Source of the DNA: Camelus ferus
Lineage: Eukaryota
Assembly: GCF_009834535.1 (NCBI RefSeq)
Contig: NC_045696.1
Location: 88,600,001-88,664,000, forward strand
Length of the DNA: 64,000 nt
Reading direction: 5' to 3'
The notes under the pieces are model-generated. The model saw nothing but the letters and a program-made list of their open reading frames with translations. It did no database searches and had not been told where the DNA came from. Positions 37,423-50,380 of the stretch are shown here, piece after piece; the first letter of the stretch is position 1; each line of letters begins with the position of its first letter. The position numbers were made by a program, and so were the translations under genes.

Positions 37423-39248
37423 TGACCAATTAGAACAATATGCCAAACTCAACTGAACTGTTGTTTTGATCACCAAGTGGCTAGCTTAAAGTCAAACTAT
37501 ACTGTGTTTCCATCTATGTGCTCCATAACATACACATACTAAAGAAATTAAAAACCTCTCAAAAATGTCATGATTCCTACTTCCAAAACTGACTGGCAGC
37601 ATGAAGTGGAATGAGAAATTCAGTTTTACACATGCAAATGACACTTATAAATAGGGGTTTTAGTGAACCAGTAAATCAGATTGGCGGAACAGCGGCTGCT
37701 GCAAATGGTCACGACTGCTTCTTGTTTGATAACAACGTGTGGTTTCCACATTTAGAATTCTAAGAGCTGATTTCAATGATTAAGAGTAGCTTCCTGATTT
37801 TTCTGTATTTTACAAGTTGAGTTTGTTTTTGGACAGATGCAGTTTATTGTTACAGAGAATATAAAACAAACAGGAGAGAATAGTCATTTCTCTTATCTTT
37901 GCTGAGCTAGGTAAAAATGAACCTCCAGCACTTTCACAATGAGGTTTTATGTCAGTAAACAGCTGACAGAGGACAACATATCTGAAAGGGAATCTAAATG
38001 TGAATTATTTCATATCATCAGACATAAGTCAGAATTTAGCTTGTCATTTAAGGCTCACTTTGCAAAAATATCATAACTGACCTATTTTGGTCCCATCTGG
38101 AGAAGTCAGCTTAACTATTAAACTGTTCCCATGCTGTATAATATGCCATGCAGTGCTATACATTACATTTAGATTGTGGAGGGCATACGCCAGTACCTCT
38201 ATCAAGCCTTGAAATAGCAACTGTTTTCTAGGAACCACAATCCTGAGGATAATGCATTTTTTTTAAACACTTAAGCCCCAAGGCTCATTAAACTGTTTTA
38301 TACTGTCCTAAAGAACAGTGTATAGCTAAGTGCTGACTTCCACATCTGGAAGTTGTCCCTCTCATTTTCAGGGTAGGTTTGGCTGGTTAGACTTGATTTT
38401 CTCTCTCCCTCTAACAGAACTTGCCAAAACTAGGGATAACTTCCTCTCTGGGCTGGACCTTCCTTTGATTCTAGAGGTTTCAGAATATACAGAGACAGAG
38501 AACAGTCAAAAGTTTTTAATGTTCTTCTCGAATACAATATTAGCTATCACCCACTGCTTGTAACCCTCTATAAAAGATTGAATTCTTCAATGTATCCAAA
38601 ATTTCTAGGCTTCAAGCTGATGTGGCTGAATTTTGCTCACAGCTCATAGCCAAGTGCTGTGGGAGCAACCAATTGACTGTTCCAAAGAGGATAGTTATTT
38701 TCCTTTTGGCAGAAATTATGGCTCAATGGCAATGTCCAATCACATCCTCTTTTGTCTTCTGGGAGAGACTGTGAATCTTAACTAATTTCTTCTCTAAAAT
38801 AAACAGAAACAAGTGAATGTAATTTCTAAAGAGAGACTTTTAACAAGCTATTTGCAGAAAAACGTATACCTTCTTTGCTAAAGTAATAACTCATTCTCTG
38901 GGAAAGGGGCACACGGACTGTGGTTTAAATTGCCTAAGAACGGCACATAACAGTTTGTTAATTCCACCTGCTTCCCCTGAGCAGAAAAAAAAAAATCACC
39001 TTGTGGACGCGTCAAGAGTCCCAGAACCCAAGAAGACAGTCATGAGACCTTATCATGCTCAAAGGTTCAAACACACCCTACAAGCTTTGATGAAAAAGCC
39101 TATTTTGCTCAGCAGAGACTCATTCTGGGGTCATAGCAAACACAAGTAAACCCCTATACTGTCTGAATTTCCAACTTATCACAATATTCATTTAAAAGTG
39201 AAGATGATTAAAGAGGACACTGGTATTTTCTTATGGCTAACTACTTTT

Positions 39249-39263
39249 TTTAATTGAAGTATA
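39249..39263 (-). mobile_element. Ultra-short LINE-1 3'-terminal insertion with 13-bp TSD
   Basis: The insert's reverse complement (c)tatacttcaattaaa(aaaa) equals the L1 terminus at 15927-15946. Flanked by GCTAACTACTTTT at 39236-39248 and 39264-39276. Confidence 0.75.
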
Positions 39264-41387
39264 GCTAACTACTTTTCTATTTAATATTCTATTTAATATT
39301 CCTTTGTTCCACCCAGTTCAATATTCTTTGATGTGACGTGACTTGAGGGCAGTGGTGAGAGAATAAAGCTATTTCCCAAGTGTTGCCATGAGTTAAACCC
39401 ACTTAATAAACCAGGTGCATACACCATTCAGTGACCTAAAACTTGCTAAAATAAGGTCATGTTTTCTAAGTCATCTTGACTGATTTCTAAAGCCCTTTCT
39501 GGAGAATCAGGAAATAAAACATATGGTTTTCATGAAGCTCTTTCAGGACAATAAAATATTCATTCAAAAAATATCTTCAAGTGGAAATAAGGCAGGAATC
39601 AGCCTAACTGGTTTCTGTAATATGTGACTCATTCCAATTTCCTGACTGACTTCAAGGAGAGCTGCCCAAACTCCTTATGATCAAGTTTTATTGTGGTATC
39701 TAATGTGAGATCTTAAAAGGCAGAGTAACTTCATTTTAAAATAAAGCTCATCAGTGAGTAGGGAATAAATCGATTGCTTTTAGAAGAGAACCTTTCCTTT
39801 TGTTTCATGAGGTTACTCCTGATATAATGAGATACAAGTTCAACTTACTTTGCTAGTAAAAATCTCCACGTTAATTTTATAGCAACTCCACTGAATAGGC
39901 ATTAGCTTCACTCCAGAGAAGGGGAAAAAATTAGTACCTTTGCAGTTTATTCACTGTCTATCAGTTTATTTATTGGCAAATCAGGCCCAACAGATAAACA
40001 CCTGTCCTTGTATTCCCCACATTATATGCTCAGCCTCCCTTCATCACAAGTTCTATGGGGAGAGAAGCCACGCCTGTCTTGACTATGATTGTACCCCTTT
40101 TGCCTAGTACAGAACCGGACATATAGATGGTTCTCAAAAAATGAAAGTTACGTTTGCTTATCTGTAAGTACCAAAAATGCAAAAATTCTTTAGGTTTTTA
40201 CTGCTGTGGGAACCATGACTTCACAAGAGGTGACTTCAAGGCAGATACTGAGATATGCAAATTCAATTGATACCATTTTAAGTATCTGTCAGACTTGTCT
40301 GGTCCTAAGACTATGAAAGAACATATGAGCCCATCTAGTTCTTCAGACTTAAGAGGGGAGAGTCACTTACATAACAGGAATCAAAAAGATGCAAGTAATG
40401 AATCTGGTGGATGATGAAGACTTCTGGGCTGTGTTATAATCAGCTTCTAGTGTATGAAGAAGGTTTGGGGGATGAGTAGGATAACTTTATGACATTAGCA
40501 TTCTGAGAGAAAGGTTTTCTCACTACTGCCCTTTCATTGCTAAGAGATTGTCCAAAACAAATATTCTCCAGATCTTTAAAAATTGTGTGTGGGGGGCGGG
40601 CTGGGAATGAGAGAGACAGAGGGAGAGGGGGAGAGGAGGGGAGAGAGAGAAAGGTTTCGGGGGTTAGATTTTAAGATTATGTGACAGCCATGTAAGAACC
40701 TAAATTCTTCAGCTGTAGAGCATGAATGATTAGCCTTGCAAACACTTGGGGGAATGTGGGTGGCTGAGGATTTAATGTGGTAGGATATGAAAACTAAATG
40801 CATAAATGCAATTGCTGGGTTTCAGCTGTCTCAACAAAATATGTAGTTCATCCCTGAGGGATGGGAGACCACATAGTGTATTACTAAAAACTCAGACCTT
40901 CTAACATACGTAAATAGGCTTTCATAGTCCTAGAGTTTTATCTGTTTAGAGCTTCCAGATTAGTCATAAGCCTCATTGTGAAAGAAAAGGCCAAGGGAAG
41001 TCCTTCCAGAGTTGAGGCAGGAGGAGCTGGGAAGGGAGAGGGGCAGGGTGGGGGTGCAGTGGGTCCCTCAAGTCGAGTCTGGGGGGCCTGTGGCCCTTAT
41101 TTCCATAGAACTCTCAGAGATGGCAGTCCTCTGAGCAGGGTGACCACAAAAGGGTGTAGACATTGGCTGGCCCTGGAGCATGCTGCCCTTGGCTGGCAGC
41201 ACAGAGCCTGCCTGCAGGGACAAGGACCATGGGCAGGCACTGCAGAGAAGACCCTCACACCAGAGCAGTGGAGTGACATTTCAGCCTTGGCAAAGTAGAC
41301 AGAAGCAGCCACGGTGACCAGGACGACGGCTCAGGACCAGAGCTCTCCTTGTGTTCCCAGGACCATTTAAGCCCTGGGAGGCCAGGA

Positions 41388-41389
<2 letters not shown>

Positions 41390-41477
<88 letters not shown>

Positions 41478-41591
41478 TGTGTGGTGTGTGGTGTGTGTGG
41501 TGTGTGTGGTGTGTGTGTGGTGTGTGTGTGTGGTGTGTGTGTGGTGTGTGTGTGGTGTGTGTGGTGTGTGTGTGTGTGTGTGTGTGTGTGT
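41390..41591. repeat. About 200-bp compound (TG)n microsatellite with GG interruptions
   Basis: (TG)40 at 41391-41470, then (TG)2-6 blocks separated by an extra G, then pure TG. Confidence 0.97.
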
Positions 41592-43049
41592 CCTCACCAG
41601 CCCTGACAAGAAGGGCTCAAAAATCGATTTAACTGGAGTGATAAAAATAAAGACAAGTGATGTTTTCTTGAGCCTGGGCTTTATAGAGTAATTCACACCA
41701 GCTACTCACGTGTTAATGTTCTAACACAAAACAGGAAAAAGCAGATATATGACATTTGGATGCAGCTATTTCTGACAGCGGAAAATTTTTCTTCAGTCTG
41801 AAAACAAACTATTAAACATTTAGTTTTTGTATAACAAGTAAACAACACGTATAACAGACACCCTCTCCCTTTCTGAGAGCCTTCTCCATCCCTGAGCCTG
41901 TGAGGGCACCTACTGTGCACGGATGAGGGTAAGGACCAGGTAGACCTATTATATTCATTGGTTATTTATTTATTTTTTTTAAGTGTGCCTTTTTATCTTG
42001 AAGACAACACTGTCAAAATGGTCACAGCCAAATATCTCATTTTGGAAGAAAGCCTAGTTCTTAAATACCTCAATTACAACCTCAGATAAATGAAAAAGTG
42101 AAAGAACATAGTTGTCACATGGAGGGGAAATACAGGGGGAAATGAACTCTCAGAAAAGGTTTCTTGGTCAGTCCTGCTGAATCCAAGGGTGCACAGAGCT
42201 GGCCCTAAAAATATCCAGTCTAACCTGACTCTTCCTGTACTTAGTAGGTTTCACCAATTTTATTCTAAAACTAAATAGCACTGGTGGTTCTGATTCTTAC
42301 TCATACAAATAAAGGGAATTTCGAAGACATTATCCTACTTTGAGAAGATTTCACAATCTCTTTCATTAACCATCCAGGGTTTAAGAACCCTTCTTGGTAA
42401 TCTGTTGTATTCCTAGCACCACACTAAACTCAGTCCCTCTTCATTTGTATGTATCACTGGGCTTCCAGGTCTAATAACTTCAACATGGCATTTCGAAATT
42501 CAATACTATCGCCTAATGTTATCTACCACCATCTAATTTTTGATCATTAGCAAACTTGTTAGTAATGAGTTTTGTGTCTTTTCTGGACTCAAATTATTCC
42601 AGACAACAGCATTTGATTAATTACTAGAACTATATAAAATAACACATTTCTTATTGTTCTCTTTGGCCAAGTCAATGGTGAGCTATTCATGATTCTTAAA
42701 GTATCATTTTCCAAAATATTTTTTAAATTATAGAAAGGTAGCCTATCCAATTGTGCGATTTGATGTAGATATTTTTAATAACAAAAAATTGTTGAGGAAA
42801 GATACGTTTAATCCGTAACTCTTCTGTTATGTTAGAATATTTATGCATAGTACCACCTTTTAAATTCAGGTTTGTTTTTCACATCTGAAAGACATCCCTG
42901 ATCCTACCCTGAATTTTTATTTGCTGTGATGCTTTGTAACAAATCTTTCCAAACAGATTAGAACACATATTTTCAAAAAGTTTAGGCATGCTGGTTTTCC
43001 AAAGTACTGTACAGACAAATCTTGGCTACCTAGAAGTTATTCTGGATTC

Positions 43050-43270
43050 ATTCACGTTTATTCAGCCATTCATTCATTCAAGAACTATTTGTTAAGCATC
43101 TATTATGTGCTGGTACTACTGTGCTAAGTGCTAGGCATATACAGACAGCAGTGAGCAGCTTTTGGTCTGGTGGGAAAGATGAGCGAGTAAACAGGCAATT
43201 ACCATACAGGGTTGTGAACATCATGAGAATACATACAAGCAAAGGACACTCGAAGAAGGGGCAGCTAACG
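43050..43270 (-). mobile_element. L2 3' fragment
   Basis: 'cattcattcaagaactatttgttaagcatctattatgtgctggtact…gtaaacaggcaattaccatacag'. Confidence 0.75.
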
Positions 43271-43646
43271 AATTTTTCCTAGGGAAATTGCCCTTCGCAA
43301 AGGAGTTAGTGTGCATGTGTGTGTATGTGCAGGGGAGTGGAGGGAGAGCACAGAGGCATCAAGACAGGGAACAGGAGAAAGTTTTCCTGATGGTCAAAGG
43401 CCTTAAATCTTGAGGTGTAACGACTTTTCACTTTTGTTTTTGATTTTGGTTTGAAATCTACTTAGAATTTTATTACAAAGAACAAAAGGAACACTGATGA
43501 TAATTTAATATTTTCTTTAAAACTCAGGGCCATCGTGTTGTTGGTTTGCCTTATATCACAGGGATGTACTCGGGGTCCATTGGGATTCGCTACATCTATA
43601 CCATTTGATGCCAAATTGGCCTTGGCTTTGAAATCATATCCTTTTT

Positions 43647-43774
43647 GGGGGGAGTGGGGGATAGTTAGGTTTATTTATTTACTTATTTATTTATTTTAAT
43701 GGAAGTTCTGGAGATTGAGCCCAGGACCTCATGCATGCTAATCATGTACTCTACCACTGAGCTATACCTGCCCC
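43647..43774 (-). mobile_element. tRNA-Ala-derived SINE (camelid vic-1 type) with about 18-bp TSD
   Basis: Reverse complement is GGGGCAGGTATAGCTCAGTGGTAGAGTACATGATTAGCATGCATGAGGTCCTGGGCTCAATCTCCAGAACTTCC plus (TAAA)n. TSD TGAAAT(C/T)ATATCCTTTTT at 43629-43646 and 43775-43792. Confidence 0.9.
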
Positions 43775-45137
43775 TGAAATTATATCCTTTTTTTTTTAAA
43801 TATGGTGGTCTCTTTCTCTGATCTGCTATCAATGGTTCTGCATAGAGGAGTCCTTCTCCACCCCACCTACCTTTTTGCTTTTAATAACTGAGGACAAGGA
43901 AACCAGATAACCAGACTTGTGAAAATCATGTCCAACATAAGAATACACAAGCTCTGAGTGAAGCTGGAGGAATTCTGCCTAAAGTACATGAGATAGAAGG
44001 AAAAGACCTTATGATATCTATTTTAGTTGTCCAGAGACCACTCTGTTTACTGTCCATTGATTAGTTATATTCAGAGTAATCAAGGCCAGAAATGCCATTT
44101 CTAGGAAGGTCAACAATTTCTAAAAGAAGAAAACACTTTCACTCATCCATCACTCTATAGCTTACATAACAATGTAAGTTTAGATGAATCTAGCTAGAAC
44201 AGGCTATTTATAATGCCAGTAGATTGGGAGATTTCTTTAATACCTTTAAGCAACAGTGGGATTGTAAGACCAAATTTCTCGCACTAACCCATTTGCAGAA
44301 TGCCTACTCAATGTCACTGAACCACATACTGTCATGTAAGTTCTAAGTCAACGACAGCAGATGGCGAGAAGTTGTACAGGAACAGAAACGAATGGCATTA
44401 GAAGCATTCAAGAATCCTAATTCCGTCTCTTGTCCTCAGCACCTGTTCTTTAAGTAAGCTCTTGGGAATTGAGTCTGTGTTCTCCTAACGAGGTTAAGCT
44501 TAGAACAACGCACAGAGACGGCACAAGAAACAGCTGATGAGCAAGTGTTCCTACAGCTTAAACAGGAAAATCATGGACAGAAAGGGTGTTGTACACTTCT
44601 AAGTCACTTTTTCAAAATTGGTAGTGGTCAAGTTCTCTTTTCCCTTCTATTTGGAGGGCCTGATTCCTCCAGTAACTTCCATGAACTTAATCATGCAGAT
44701 ATCCAGCCCAAATGCCTTTCTGATACCTAGAAATGGAACATGAAGCATATGGAGCAAAAAGCAGGAGCTGAAGTTGGAAGCATATGTCTCTCAAAGGTGT
44801 TGCCAGAAAAAAACTGGAATGTGAAATTGGAACTCAACTGGCAGCTGTCTAAAAAAATATACTTAAAAAAAAATAAAGGTGGATTTCAGAGTGTACTGAA
44901 AAGAGACAGGCAAGCAGGCTTCTTGTTTGAAATCCGAGATCATGAAAATTGAAGATGACTAAAAGGAGTATTTTTAATCTATATTTTTCTATTATACTCA
45001 AATGAGCTACATCATAGTGGATGTGTTACATTTTAGCATCTAGACCATTGTTTTTACTTCAATTACGCATTGAGATCACTACTGTGGCAAGATTTGCAGT
45101 AATTTCGAGTAATCAAAAATTAGTTTAAATACTTACA

Positions 45138-46014
45138 ATATCTAATAAAGAATTTATATCCAGAATATATAAAGAACCATTACAACTCAATAATAAAGCT
45201 AAAGGCAAAATAAAAAAATGACCAAAGACTTGAGCACTTCACAAAAAGAAGATACATAAATGGCCAAAAAGCACATTATTAGTCTTCGGGGAAAAACAAA
45301 TTAAAACCACAATAGTATACCACTACACACCTATTAGACTGACTAAAATTTAAAAAGAATGACCATGCAAGTGTTGGCAAAGATGTGGAAGAACTTGGAC
45401 TCTCATTCGCTGCTGGAAGGAAAAATGGTACAACCATTTTGGAAAATAGTTCATCAGTTTCTTATAAAGGTAGACATGGACTTAATATACAACCTAGCAA
45501 TTCCACTCCTAGGTATCCACCCAAGAAAAATGAAAATATTCCCAATCAATAATTTGTACATGAATGTTCATAGCAGCTTTATTAATGGTATCAAACACTG
45601 GAAACAACCCAAATATTCGTGGACAGCTGAATGGATACATACTAATCAGAAGTGAAAAGGAGTGAACTCCTGCTACACAGAACAACATGGATGAATCTCA
45701 GAACATGCAGAGCAAAAACAAGCCAGACATAAAAGAGTATGTACTGTACGATTCTATTCAGATGAAATTCTAGAAAAGACAAATCTAATCCGTAGGAACA
45801 GAAAGTATATCAGCAGTCGCCTGAGGCCAAGAGTCAGGGTAGAAAACAACCGGGAAGGGGCACAAGGGAACTCTTGGAGTGACGAAATGTTCTGTATCTT
45901 GATTGTGGTTGTGATCACACAACTACAGAAATTTAGCAAATCTCACTGAAGTATACTTAAAACGGGTTTGTTTTATTGTAGATACATCATACCTCAATAA
46001 AGTTGATTTTAAAA
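45138..46014 (+). mobile_element. Old LINE-1 (L1MB/L1MC-like) ORF2 tail and 3'UTR
   Basis: 'atatccagaatatataaagaac…caagtgttggcaaagatgtggaagaacttgg…ctagcaattccactcctaggtat…gaaatgttctgtatcttgattgtgg…cctcaataaagttgatt'. Confidence 0.9.
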
Positions 46015-46019
46015 TGTTT

Positions 46020-46690
46020 CATGTTAACAAAAGTAAAAAACGTTACTGAAATCCTATTTTCCTCAGCCTCTGACAACATGGTTCACTGCCTATTCCCAGA
46101 CAGCGTAGGCTCCCTACACTTGTCTGGCACACAGAATTCATCAATTTTGCAACCTCATAATTTCACTTTTTCTACATCATCTCCTTCAAAACTCATTAAT
46201 CCAACTCTACGAGCTGTTGAAGGGCCAAGAACTCTGTGTACTCTTATTTGGACCTCTGTTCTTCCTTTTAAACACAGCCTAGGGATATCTCATCTATTTT
46301 GAAAAATTCATAAGTCATTTGTCTGGAACATTCATATGTTATCCACAGAACATCTTAGCTACAGGATATCCCACTAAACATCTCAATCTGTCCCCTGAAA
46401 ACCTGTTTCATATTCAAGTTACCCTATCACAGCATGTAATGCTACCAAATAAACATCTCAAAATGGTTATCAAGTCCAACTTTCACAGAAGAAAACTTAG
46501 GGTTATTTGTTTCATTCTTCTTTATTTCCCACAGCCATTCTGTTTCCCAGATCTCCCTCTCTCTCTCTCTGCTAGGTTTCCCACTACATTATAAAACCTT
46601 TGGGGAAGGGATCATTTATTATTTCACATTCTATCCCTCATAGCTCCTATAGCAGTGCCCTGAATTTCATAAATTCTTAATAACTGTCAC
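46020..46690 (+). mobile_element. L2 remnant (highly diverged)
   Basis: Pyrimidine-rich L2-like motifs ending 'aaaacctttggggaagggatc…atagcagtgccctg'. Confidence 0.5.
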
Positions 46691-49239
46691 AATCATTAGT
46701 ACATCAAGCTATCAGCCAATCTGCTATAATTAACACCTCTTCAACAATTTCTATATGACACATTTCAGCTGGAGCAAACAACTCTCCAGCAATGGATAGT
46801 CGCATTCTTACAGAAGGTCACAGGGGACTCAGGGATGTGAATTGGTGAAACTAGGTGAAGTTTCAGGTCTCAGCAGAGGAAAGGAAGTGTCTTCAGCATC
46901 CCTCAGACAAGTGCCTCTTAATATCTTCTCCCCTACTTTTAAGAGTTTGCTCTCCCAGTGCAGAATCCTGTCGACAGAAGGTAGCTCCGTGGTGATTTCT
47001 AGAGCGCCGACCCTAAACAAGGCTATACTCTGAGTGCCTCAATTTCGTCCTTCGCAATTCATGGGTAGGGTTAAAAGTCAAGATAAGGGGAAGCTCTTTG
47101 AAAACACAACACCAACAATTATAAAGAATTATTTCCTAACAAATAAGGGGTGGAGAGGCATGGATTTGCTCAGAGATGACAAATAGATCCAACCCTGCGT
47201 AACAATTTGCCTGACTGAAGCACTACTTTAGGAAAAGCTGAGAGCCAGGTTTGCCCTGGGCCCAGGAGGAAGCTTTAAAATGAAATACCCCAGGTGATCT
47301 CTAAATTCCATCCAACTTTCCAGGTGTGTGATTCTAGCTTTAGCAAAGCCACACATCCTATGACTTTGCACACATCATTATCCAGGTCTTCCTCAGCGTT
47401 TTCAGTCCCAACTGTCCCTTCTCACTACTGCCTCTGACTGAACACAGATTAATCTCATACACTGAGAAGTCTTTTCTATCAGCTTCTCGGCTCTCCTTCC
47501 TGAGTGCAGACATACAAACAATCCTCAGGGGTTCAAGACTCCTCCTTCCCCATCTCAAGAAGCAGAATTAGTATTGGTATGGGGTCGAAGCCAAATGGTC
47601 CACATGTTAGGAAGTGGCACAGATCAAAGTTCTTGGTCCACTCTGCATGCTCCTTTGGGATTCCTCTATTAGTCTATAGAGGTTGCCGGTCCTCCTCTGA
47701 AATGCCTCCTCCCATGTAGACTAAGGCTGCCTCTTGGTTGGAAGGACCCCTGCCCTGTGAAGGCCCAGACTAGGAAGTAATGCTAGTTCACCCTTCTCTG
47801 TCCCCCTGGGGTTTGTTGTTCCCATATCATAGGGTTGGCAAGAACCTAAGGCTAAAAAGTGAAAGATTGGACCGAGTGAAAGGAGTACAGCCCGGGGAGC
47901 TTTCTTTTAGTCTAAGCCATAGATCAGAGGGATAAAATGAAAACTCACATGCAAGTGGCTGAGGCTAACCCTTCAGAGGCAGGCCTTCCACACAGCCCAG
48001 CAACAATGAACAGCGTGCATGTGCGAGGAAGGGCAGCACTTCAGAGAACCTCCGGCAGTGCGAGATGGCTGGGGCTGAGGTCTGGGGTTCTGCCTGGCCA
48101 CCCCTCAACTCTCTCCATCAGAAACACAATACAGCCTCACTGTAAATCTCATCACTCTGACAGTGAGGTCCACTCCTCCCAAGAACACACTCAATCACAT
48201 TCATCTTTACTCAGATCTCTTATATTCTGCCAAATGTAATGGAGACGCAAAGGATGAGGTTATCACTATGGGAACAATACAGTCGTAGTAGGAAAACACC
48301 AGTAAAAACCCTTGTTGTCCATGAAGCTATAGATGGACATCCCTGATACCCAACCAACACGCATGACAGCTATTTTTCCTCATTACAGATGATCGGATGT
48401 TACTCTGTCCTGTTTGGTCAAGCACTTTAATCTTGAAACTCTGTGTAAAAACACCATAATGTTGAAGCACTTTGTAGAGCAGGGTAAGTTCAAACTTCAG
48501 TTCCTGAATCCCTGAGTTCAAAAAATGCCTTTGAGTATCAAAAGAAATGGCTCACCACAGTGTACATCATCTTGGTTACCTACTGCAGCCTGCAACAAAG
48601 ATGTAACATTAAATAAAGTTAGTTTGATTTCTCTGAAGAAAAACAAACAAAAACAAAAACAAACAAAACCCCAGAAGCACAAAAACTGAAAGAAACACTT
48701 TATAGGAGATCACTTAGCAGAAGCAGCTGTTAAGAAAACTTTTGAACACACACACACATACAAAAATTAAATGAGATTTAAGAAAACAACTGAGTTTTAA
48801 AAAAATAAAGAGAAAAGCCATGAAGTTAAACTGAAAGAAACATAAACAAAACTTGTTTCAAGTTTTGATTGTATTTCAAGATTAAGAATCCATAATAGAA
48901 GACATTATTGTTCTCCCTACCTGTTCAATGTTTTAACGGAACAGCCAGGTTCTTCTTTCACTGGTGGCTTAAAGGGGAAGAGAGCTAATTTTCATGACAG
49001 GATTTGACACCACATGACAGGGCCTTTCATGACACACACGGATTTTTCAGCCACACGCCCTTCTTTCCTCCCAGGACTAAGGGGCAGCATCTCGGCTACA
49101 GGGATCATCGTCGTGTTTTTAGAGAACCAGTGACTCCTGCAAATGCTGAAGAGCCCCTCAACCCACCTAGATGGGCAGAATTTAGAGCTCCTGGGAAAAA
49201 AAGAGCTAATTTGCAAGTTGCTATAAACCTAAGCTCTTA

Positions 49240-50380
49240 ACATTATATTGATGACTTCTAAAAACTCCCTCCCCCTGACTTCTGTGACAACTGCAGTCCT
49301 CCGATTTTCCTCCTAACTCTTCAATATCTCCTTCTCAGTCTTCTTTACGGCCTTTTGTCCAACCTCTCCTTAAATAGTTCTCTCTTTGGCCCTTCACCCT
49401 GAACTCTCTCCATGGGAGAGAACTCATTTATTCTCATGGCTTTAACATCCACCTTCAGGCTGATGTTCCAGATTTCCACCCTGAGCCCAGGCAACTCCTG
49501 AACTCCTGTCCAACGGGTCCAAAGGACACCTACAGCAGACCAACGCTCCAATACCTCAAACTCAAGAAGTCTAAAATTGAACTTGTTAACTTCCTTCTTT
49601 GTCAACTATGGCCTGTTAGAGAACAGCAACCATCTCAAATGAAAATTAAGAAGCTCTCTCCACATCTATTATATTATCAGCACCCATGATGCCTCACATC
49701 TGTGGTCTCCAGTTTGTTCCCATGCCATGGCCTATGTGCAAAGCTCCCTCTCATCCTTCCTGCACTATTGCCAACAGCCTCTCTGAACCATTCTCTTACA
49801 TCTCTGGTTGATCCCTTACTTTATTGCTATTTATCTTCCCTTTCCAAAAAAAAAAAAAAAAAAAAATCCTTAGACACTATTAAGAAAATTAAAGCTCTTA
49901 GCAAAGCACTCAAGGGCTCTGACAATCCAGCCCTATTCTCTCTTGCTGGACTAACCTTTTATGAAATGTTTCTGAACACCCTTTACTCTTGCCATTGTCT
50001 GCACATCCAGGAGTTCACCCCCTTTCACATTTATATTTGTTCCAGCTGTGCCTTATTCGTACCATTCCCTGAGTTCACAATGAATCCTCTCCTCACTGTC
50101 ATAGCGTAGTCACTATTCCAGGTTCAACTCAAGTACCAACCCCTCTGTGATCCCTCTCTGCACTCTGTAAAGAAGAGCAGACAGCCTGTGCCTTTCACAG
50201 AGCACTTATGGGACTCTGTTCATCATTACAGTTAGCTGCTCAAGCATTTAACTGCTCTACTTGGTGGTGAGCTGTTTGAGAGCAAGGACTCTGTCCTGGT
50301 AATAAGCATATTCCTTACACTATTTATCTCTGTGCATTCACATTAGGTAGGCAGGCCTTCATAAATATTTGGTGAGTAAG
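49240..50380 (+). mobile_element. L2 fragment including 3' end
   Basis: 'gacttctgtgacaac…ttttcctcctaactct…ccttctcagtct', 'actcatttattctcatggctttaac', 'cctcaaactcaa', 'tgagctgtttgagagcaaggactctgtc…cataaatatttggtgag'. Confidence 0.75.

Noticed and set aside
41349..41696. Cys/Val- and His/Thr-rich ORFs
   Set aside because: Translations of the (TG)n microsatellite.
22428..43646. Two SINE target sites share GAAATCATA, suggesting target specificity
   Set aside because: The motif lies in opposite orientation relative to the two elements and the third SINE lacks it. Compatible with chance in AT-rich DNA.
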